NCBI GenBank assembly: GCA_965209095.1
Contig: OZ242381.1
Coordinates: 3,589,052 to 3,653,051 of the forward strand
Reading direction: 5' to 3'
DNA length: 64,000 nucleotides
Origin: Candidatus Poribacteria bacterium
GTDB lineage: Bacteria > Poribacteria > WGA-4E > WGA-3G
The notes under the pieces were generated by a model. The model was not told the DNA's origin. It ran no database searches and saw only the letters and a list, made by a program, of their open reading frames with translations. Both the position numbers and the translations under genes were made by a program. Below, in pieces: positions 57,667-64,000 of the stretch; positions within the stretch are counted from its first letter, which is position 1, and every line of letters begins with the position of its first letter.

Positions 57667-57695
57667 ATTATACCATTCTTAATTGTGGTTGTCAA
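57667..57695 (-). promoter_or_regulatory. Perfect consensus sigma70 promoter
   Basis: Minus strand TTGACA-17-TATAAT with extended -10 TG and AT-rich upstream DNA. Confidence 0.8.
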
Positions 57696-57763
57696 GTAAA
57701 AATGTAATAATTATGATATTTTTTTGTGAATTTGTTGAAAATTGTTGATTTTTTGATTTAATT

Positions 57764-57884
57764 TGTCTGAATTAGGATTTTTCTCATCAAGTCCTATTTC
57801 AAAAGACGACACCAAACCTGCATCAAAAAACCTGGATATGGTAATCCTTGTAATCTATAAATCCTGAAAATTCTGGTTCAGACA
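57764..57884. mobile_element. TGTCTGAACCAGG-type MITE-like element
   Basis: Imperfect TIRs homologous to 33423-33549. Confidence 0.6.
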
Positions 57885-57911
57885 AGTGAAAATAACTGGA
57901 CACACAATTTA

Positions 57912-57932
57912 TGCCAAAAACTTTACACACCC
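57912..57932. repeat. Solo TIR of the GGGTGTGTAAAG family
   Basis: Exact TGCCAAAAACTTTACACACCC; no partner found. Confidence 0.7.
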
Positions 57933-58186
57933 CTTAACCTTTAAAATCGGGGGTTGTGAATCCCTTCAACAAGAGGAAATCTTCTTAAGTTGACACTTAC
58001 GAGTTCAATCAAGAATAACTAAACTTTAAAGCCTGAATTGCGTCAAAATTCATAATACATTAGACCAAAATATATCACTGAGAATTGTTCTGAACTTTAA
58101 ATTGATTATTGTCAAATAGAAAAGACTACATACTTATAATACCAATCTTCAGCAGGAATAGTTTATGTCGTTTTAAGGAGATGCTA

Positions 58187-59521
58187 ATGCTTCGATGGAA
58201 TATCAGGTTATTACTTTTTTTAGTTATAATTCAATGTGCAGCGTTGGTGTGTGTGGACGCACAAGAACCGCAGGAAATAGACTTGTCTCAGCCGCTAACC
58301 CTTGAGCAGTGTATTGAACTGGGATTAGAAAAGTCAACAAGTATGCGTAATGCACGACTGAGTTTGGCTATTCAACAACTACGGGTTAAAAATGCACGAG
58401 CAGATTATTTCCCTATAGTTACCTCTTCTGGGAGTTACAACTTTAATGACCGGCTTGACTTCGGTTTTGAACCTGAGAACTACGATTTAGGGTTGACAGG
58501 ACGGTATACCCTCTGGGATAATGGTCAACGTGAAGTGGGTTTTGCACAAGCGAAGGAAGGTTTGAAAGCAACAACAAATAGGAATGAAGGGATAAAACAG
58601 AGTGTAATTCTGCAAATTACACAAGCATATTATGATGTGCTTAAAGATACTGAGCTTGTTAAGGTGAGTGAAGATGTGTTGGCACGTTCAATAGAAGATA
58701 CCCAACAGACTATTGCTTTGAAAGAAGCGGGAGTGCTTATTCCTGCTGATGTAGCAACTGCGACAGTTCGTCAAGCAAACAACGAATTATCATTGCTGAA
58801 TAATCAAAATGCGTTACAAATCTCACAAGCAACCTTGCCACGACTCATGGGGTTAGACCCGGGGTTGCTTATTACCGTAGCAGTTGACGAATCCTTCCAA
58901 CTCTATCTGGATAGAGGAACGATTGAGAAGATACAGATTTCTGTTGAAGAAGCGATACAAACGGCATTTGATAATCGCCCTGAATTTAAGGAAACCGAAG
59001 CAACACTAAAACAACAAGAATGGAGTTTAACGTTATCAAAATTACAACGTTGGCCACGATTGAGTGCAAATGCCAACTATAATGTCTACCTTGATGATTA
59101 CCTTCGCGAACGTATAAATTTCTCTGACTTTCGGAGTTGGAGTGTTGGGGCATCTCTCAACTTTACACTTTATGATGGTGGGGTTTTAGGTAATGTAGTC
59201 AAGGAACGGAGTATGCAGTTAGAACAAGCACGTGAAAATGCGAGCGACTTAGAGCGGTCAGTGGCACTTGATGTCAGACAAAGTTATCTCAATCTAAAAC
59301 GGAGTGAAAGGGCAGTAGAAATCTCCAACACACAGGTAGAAAACGCACAATTAAGTTTAGATGTCATTCAAGGACGGTATAGAGTAGGAAAAGCAATTCT
59401 GCTTGAGGTGCTTGATGCCCAGACAAGTTACGCACAGGCGTTGACAAATCAAGTTAATGCGTTTTACGATTACAAAATTGCCCTGGCACGATTACAGGAT
59501 GCAATGGGAGTTTTACAGTAA
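58187..59521 (+). CDS. tolC: TolC family outer membrane efflux protein
   Basis: LTLEQCIELGLE, duplicated OEP repeats, YRVGKAILLEVLDAQ. Confidence 0.9.
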   Translation: MLRWNIRLLLFLVIIQCAALVCVDAQEPQEIDLSQPLTLEQCIELGLEKSTSMRNARLSLAIQQLRVKNARADYFPIVTSSGSYNFNDRLDFGFEPENYDLGLTGRYTLWDNGQREVGFAQAKEGLKATTNRNEGIKQSVILQITQAYYDVLKDTELVKVSEDVLARSIEDTQQTIALKEAGVLIPADVATATVRQANNELSLLNNQNALQISQATLPRLMGLDPGLLITVAVDESFQLYLDRGTIEKIQISVEEAIQTAFDNRPEFKETEATLKQQEWSLTLSKLQRWPRLSANANYNVYLDDYLRERINFSDFRSWSVGASLNFTLYDGGVLGNVVKERSMQLEQARENASDLERSVALDVRQSYLNLKRSERAVEISNTQVENAQLSLDVIQGRYRVGKAILLEVLDAQTSYAQALTNQVNAFYDYKIALARLQDAMGVLQ

Positions 59522-59523
59522 TC

Positions 59524-61479
59524 ATGAAGATAGGTAAAAAGTGGTTTATTTTTGGCTCAATCGCAATAGTAGTGATTGTAGTGATTGTGATTAGGGTGAT
59601 TGGTGCGACCCAAAATGGTAATAATGATGAAGAGGACAAGCGAGAGGTAGTCCGACGGGGTGAATTTCTTGTAAAAGTTCAGGAGTCTGGTAGACTTCGT
59701 TCTCTTATTGAGGTAGATGTCCGTTCAAATGTAGAGGGTGAAATTCTTGAGATTTTTGTTGAAGAATCGGATCTTGTTCAAGAGGGTGCCCGGTTGCTAA
59801 AAATTGACGATGAACAGATATTAGAGGATATGAATCAGGCAAAAGCGTATCGGGATGCGCGGCAGGCAGAATTTGAACAAGCAGAACTCCGAATTCAGAT
59901 CGCTGAAAAACGAGAAACAAGCGATCTGCTTCAGGCGAAAAATGCAGTTGCTAAAGCTGAGGCTAACCTCCAATCCTTTGCTGCGAACAAACAACAACGC
60001 ATTACTGAAGCGGAAACCCTTGTTGCAACTACACAAAACTTGCTGGACCGAGATCAAATCTCACTGAAGCGGGCGGAAATCTCTCTAACACAGGCAAACT
60101 TGACACTTGATCGGGCAAAGGCAAGCGTTACATCCGCAAAAATCACCTTTGAGACAACCCAGACCGAACACAAACGTAATGAAGAATTGCACGGAAAGGA
60201 ATTAATATCAGATCAGGCATTAGAGCAATCCCAAAAACAGCTCGCTTCGACTAAATCCCAATATGAAACTGCACAGAAAGCGGTTGAATCCCAAAATGAA
60301 ACAATTAAATCCGAAGAAGAAAACATCAAGCGGGAGAAAGTGGCAATACAGAGTCGAGAAGCAACACTTGCTCTGAATAAAAAGAATGTTGAAACAGTTA
60401 AGAAGTCACAAGATGCTCAGGAAAAGCAGTTAATAGCGGATTTAGAAAACACGCGCACCCGCCTCAAACAGACTGAGGAAACGACCGAAGAAGAAAAAGA
60501 TTTGACAAAGCATGCGAAAGTGAGTGCACAAGCGAATTTACTTCAAGCAAAAAGCCGCCTCAAATCTCAGCAGGAAAGGTATGAATGGACGACGGTGAAA
60601 GCCCCTATGTCTGGGACAATTACCCGCATATCTGTGGAAGAGGGTGAGATTATTACCTCTGGACGTTCTGCGTTTTCACGGGGAGAGGCAATCATGCGTA
60701 TTGCCGACCTCACCCAGATGATAGTCACAACACATATCAATCAGGTAGAAATTGGAAAAATAAAAGAGGAGCAGCGCGTAGAAATCCGTGTAGATAGTTA
60801 TCGGAATAAAGTATTTAATGGAAGAGTAAGTGAAATATCTCCCAGTTCCACACATAATCCACAAGGTGGCAATGCCGTGATTAGATTTGAGGTGGAAATT
60901 GAGGTAGATATTCCTGAGGAAGAATTTCAACTATTACCGGGTATGTCTGCAGATGTGGATATAATCGTCTTTGAAAAACCTGATATTCTTCAAATTCCGA
61001 TAGCAGCAGTATTAAGTCCGGAGGTATTTACCGTCAAAGCAACAGTAAATCCGGAAATGCTTGGGCAGTTCCAACAGGGACAGCGGTTAAAAGTCCAAAA
61101 TTTGATTGGCAATCAGTTTGGTGGACAAGTTAGTAAAATTGAACCTTCCGAAAGACGTGGTAACCTTGAAATTTTGTTTGACGAACCACCAAAGGGTATG
61201 CGTCCAGGTCCCACAGAAATTGTAATTGTGATATCTGAAAACAATCGGTTATCTAATATTGAAGCGGAGATTAGGAGTGAACGACAGCATTTTGTCAAAC
61301 TTGATACTGGTGAGCCTTCAAAGAAGAAGAACGGAGAAAAGGGTGTCAAAACACATATTAGAGTTGGGAAACGTAATAAAACGCACTTTGAAGTAGTCCA
61401 CGGACTCAAAGAAGGTGATCGCGTGTTTGTGCCTTCAATGATGGAATTGACAAAGGGAGAAAAAAATAAAGATAAATAG
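59524..61479 (+). CDS. HlyD/RND-type periplasmic adaptor with long coiled coil
   Basis: VRSNVEGEILEIFVEE, VKAPMSGTIT, LLPGMSADV, GLKEGDRV. Confidence 0.88.
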   Translation: MKIGKKWFIFGSIAIVVIVVIVIRVIGATQNGNNDEEDKREVVRRGEFLVKVQESGRLRSLIEVDVRSNVEGEILEIFVEESDLVQEGARLLKIDDEQILEDMNQAKAYRDARQAEFEQAELRIQIAEKRETSDLLQAKNAVAKAEANLQSFAANKQQRITEAETLVATTQNLLDRDQISLKRAEISLTQANLTLDRAKASVTSAKITFETTQTEHKRNEELHGKELISDQALEQSQKQLASTKSQYETAQKAVESQNETIKSEEENIKREKVAIQSREATLALNKKNVETVKKSQDAQEKQLIADLENTRTRLKQTEETTEEEKDLTKHAKVSAQANLLQAKSRLKSQQERYEWTTVKAPMSGTITRISVEEGEIITSGRSAFSRGEAIMRIADLTQMIVTTHINQVEIGKIKEEQRVEIRVDSYRNKVFNGRVSEISPSSTHNPQGGNAVIRFEVEIEVDIPEEEFQLLPGMSADVDIIVFEKPDILQIPIAAVLSPEVFTVKATVNPEMLGQFQQGQRLKVQNLIGNQFGGQVSKIEPSERRGNLEILFDEPPKGMRPGPTEIVIVISENNRLSNIEAEIRSERQHFVKLDTGEPSKKKNGEKGVKTHIRVGKRNKTHFEVVHGLKEGDRVFVPSMMELTKGEKNKDK

Positions 61480-61539
61480 GGATATGAAACCTAATGTAAT
61501 CATTTCAACATATAAGCGAAAGGAGAGGAATAGGGCAAA

Positions 61540-62220
61540 ATGTTAATTGATGTCAAGGACATAACAAAAGTCTATGAGATGGGCGATGTGCAGGTGCATG
61601 CATTACGTGGTGTAACCTTCACTGTAGAGTCCGGTGAGTTTATTGCAATTATGGGACCTTCAGGTTCTGGCAAATCCACGTTGATGGATATTTTAGGTTG
61701 CCTCGCGACTCCAACTGATGGAGATTATCTTCTTGAAGGTGAAGAGGTCGGCAAACTCTCCGATAACAGATTAGCGGATATACGGAATAAGAAGATCGGT
61801 TTTGTGTTTCAATCCTTCAATCTGCTGCCACGGACGAGTGCGCTCCACAACGTTGAATTGCCATTGATTTATTCAGGTTTAGGTAGAAAAGAGCGCAAAC
61901 GTAGAGCCTTTGAATCGTTGGAGGCAGTTGGATTAGCGGATCGTGTTGACCACAAATCGACAGAACTTTCAGGTGGACAGGTTCAACGTGTTGCGATTGC
62001 GCGCGCGCTTGTCAATAGTCCCTCAATGATCTTTGCAGATGAACCGACAGGTAACTTGGATACGCGTTCTGGTGCGGAGATTCTTGCGATTTTTGACCGC
62101 CTAAATGAAGAAGGAAATACGATAATCATGGTTACGCATGAACCAGAGGTGGCAGAACATGCGCGACGTGTCCTCCACATTCGGGATGGACTCATTGAGC
62201 AAGATGAAAGGCGCGACTAA
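61540..62220 (+). CDS. ABC transporter ATP-binding protein (MacB/LolD-like)
   Basis: [36 protein letters not shown]. Confidence 0.95.
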   Translation: MLIDVKDITKVYEMGDVQVHALRGVTFTVESGEFIAIMGPSGSGKSTLMDILGCLATPTDGDYLLEGEEVGKLSDNRLADIRNKKIGFVFQSFNLLPRTSALHNVELPLIYSGLGRKERKRRAFESLEAVGLADRVDHKSTELSGGQVQRVAIARALVNSPSMIFADEPTGNLDTRSGAEILAIFDRLNEEGNTIIMVTHEPEVAEHARRVLHIRDGLIEQDERRD

Positions 62221-63205
62221 AACTGCATTCAAAGAAGTCAGAATCACCACTCCCTCCAGACTTCATTTTTCTTTGATGGATTTGAATGGTCAACTCGGAC
62301 GGATTGATGGCGGATTTGGGTTAGCCATCAATGAACCGAATTTCCAAATTGTTGCTGAACCATCAAATGAAATCCATGTTGAGTCAATTGCCTACAGGGA
62401 ACGAGCATATCAAATCCTCACACGTCTCCAACATATCTATCAGTTCCCAGGTATCAAGTTAAAACTACTCTCTGAAATACCAACGCATAGTGGTTTCGGT
62501 TCAGGAACACAACTCTCTCTCGGCATTGCTTCTGCAGTGAACACGTTTTACGATCTGAATTTGAATGTCTTGGAATTGGCTGCCGCTGTGGGACGTGGTG
62601 GCACTTCTGGCATTGGTATTGCTGCTTATGATACGGGTGGTTTCATAGTAGATGGCGGACATCGTTTCCCCGAACAGAAATCTTCTTTTCTCCCATCTGC
62701 TGCCACCGAAAATATCCCACCCCCCCCAATTTTGTTCCGACACACATTTCCTGAATGGCAACTCCTCATTGTGCTGCCAAATTGTTCACGTATTTACGGT
62801 GAAGAAGAATTAAACCTATTCCGGACCCTGTGTCCTCAACCCGCATCAGTTGCCTCGAAGTTGTCTCATCTTCTGCTTTTTAAAATATTGCCTGCGATTC
62901 TTGAAGATGATATGCAGAGTTTCGGCGAGGGATTGAATCAAATTCAGACATTCGGTTGGAAAAAGGTAGAGATTGATGCACAAGGTGCTGAATTGCAGCA
63001 GACACTTGAATTTTTGCAAAACAACGGAGCATTAGGGGCAGGTGTTAGTAGTTGGGGGCCGGCGATCTGTGCTGTGAGCGATGATATTGGAGGGTTGAAA
63101 CGGAAAGCAGAGGAATTCTTAAGTAAGTTGCCGAGTGGTGGCACATGCTTTATTACATTAGCGAATAACACTGGCGCGGAGATAAAAAAAATGGTTGAAG
63201 ACTAA
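62204..63205 (+). CDS. mptG: Beta-ribofuranosylaminobenzene 5'-phosphate (RFAP) synthase-like GHMP protein
   Basis: [14 protein letters not shown]...[42 protein letters not shown]. Confidence 0.8.
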   Translation: MKGATKTAFKEVRITTPSRLHFSLMDLNGQLGRIDGGFGLAINEPNFQIVAEPSNEIHVESIAYRERAYQILTRLQHIYQFPGIKLKLLSEIPTHSGFGSGTQLSLGIASAVNTFYDLNLNVLELAAAVGRGGTSGIGIAAYDTGGFIVDGGHRFPEQKSSFLPSAATENIPPPPILFRHTFPEWQLLIVLPNCSRIYGEEELNLFRTLCPQPASVASKLSHLLLFKILPAILEDDMQSFGEGLNQIQTFGWKKVEIDAQGAELQQTLEFLQNNGALGAGVSSWGPAICAVSDDIGGLKRKAEEFLSKLPSGGTCFITLANNTGAEIKKMVED

Positions 63206-63302
63206 TGCTTCAACCAACTATCCAACAATCAATCAACAATTAAATCAAATGATATGTAATCTACTTTCAGTTAAATTTCACAAGTGCTTTTGAACTGTAC
63301 GG

Positions 63303-63815
63303 TTACAAATTTGCTTTGAGTTCTGAAAGTGCGTTTTGCTTGACTCTAAGCCCTTCATCAAGAAGGACGATGTTTTTTTCCAACTCTGCAATAGTGTCTT
63401 TCCTACTTACAAAATCTTGTTCAAGTTGAGAGAACGTTGTTTCGATCTCGTTTAAATTGTTTTGTCTTCCTTTTAATCCTTCCTCAAAATGTGTGATAAT
63501 CTTTTGCGAATTAGCAATGCGTTCCTTTAACCATGCTTTTTTCTCAGTTGAAGTTGTATCACGCATTTGACTCCGGAGCAATTCTTGTTCCGATTTTTTC
63601 GCATCTATTGCGTTTTGAATTTGATTGATGGATTCTTTAAACTCGGTTTCCATTTCAGTTCTTTTCTTTCTTTTTTCCTCTTGAAACGTCGTATTCCTTT
63701 CTTCCAAGATTGATATCATAGCAGTTTTTTCAACTATTGCTACTTGAATTTGGTAGATGGATTGTTCTAATTCAGCAATTTGCTGAGTTGCTTGTGGATA
63801 TTTTTTAGTTGCCAT
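63303..63815 (-). CDS. Hypothetical coiled-coil protein
   Basis: GGGAG RBS; continuous heptad pattern. Confidence 0.7.
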   Translation of the reverse strand: MATKKYPQATQQIAELEQSIYQIQVAIVEKTAMISILEERNTTFQEEKRKKRTEMETEFKESINQIQNAIDAKKSEQELLRSQMRDTTSTEKKAWLKERIANSQKIITHFEEGLKGRQNNLNEIETTFSQLEQDFVSRKDTIAELEKNIVLLDEGLRVKQNALSELKANL

Positions 63816-63862
63816 CGTCTCATCTCCCTTGAAATGATACGTTTACTAAATTCAGAGACACC

Positions 63863-64000
63863 CTATCCTTTTCCAGAAGCATAGTAAGGATTAGTTCCTG
63901 ATGCGTGGTCGGTAGTATCAATGACCTGTTTTATCTCAGGGAACACTTCCTGTATCATGGCTTCAATACCGTGTTTGAGCGTAACATTAGCCATACCACA
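63863..64000 (-). CDS. nfuA: C-terminal fragment of a NifU/NfuA Fe-S biogenesis protein; runs off the window
   Basis: Not in the ORF track; reads CGMANVTLKHGIEAMIQEVFPEIKQVIDTTDHASGTNPYY. Confidence 0.85.
   Translation of the reverse strand, partial: CGMANVTLKHGIEAMIQEVFPEIKQVIDTTDHASGTNPYYASGKG

Noticed and set aside
56560-58100. Chromosomal origin of replication
   Set aside because: No cluster of TTATCCACA-type DnaA boxes and no origin-linked genes.
1-64000. tRNA, rRNA, prophage, defence system, integrase or transposase; short antisense ORFs
   Set aside because: No supporting motifs seen by eye; the short ORFs are shadows of the called genes.

Overview
A 64-kb bacterial chromosomal segment with no rRNA, tRNA, CRISPR array, prophage or transposase gene. 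Gene content (PhyH dioxygenase, LamG fragment, heparinase II/III-like, acetylxylan-esterase-like, YCF48/BNR, HEAT/TPR/PDZ lipoproteins, many membrane-anchored orphans) suggests Candidatus Poribacteria or a relative; this is inference, not a search result. Recognisable genes: trpF, dapB, dapL, two ammonium transporters with two paralogous outer-membrane barrels (one behind a sigma54 promoter), a HelY/Ski2 helicase, an ECF sigma factor, TolC/MFP/ABC-ATPase, an STT3-like glycosyltransferase, a GHMP kinase-UTP:sugar-1-P uridylyltransferase fusion, a beta-RFAP synthase-like protein and partial nfuA. Intergenic DNA holds at least six MITE families, several with clean 5-bp or 9-bp target-site duplications, nested with REP-like palindromes. 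Best leads: (1) a 36-bp hairpin element (YAAATCAACG head) that inserts without duplication at a C^GGR junction inside other repeats; (2) an ECF sigma operon with an apparently dead and an intact DUF5694 paralogue; (3) an STT3 homologue with PWSYG in place of WWDYG; (4) a perfect sigma70 promoter facing about 1 kb of structured non-coding DNA that has a paralogous module elsewhere in the window.
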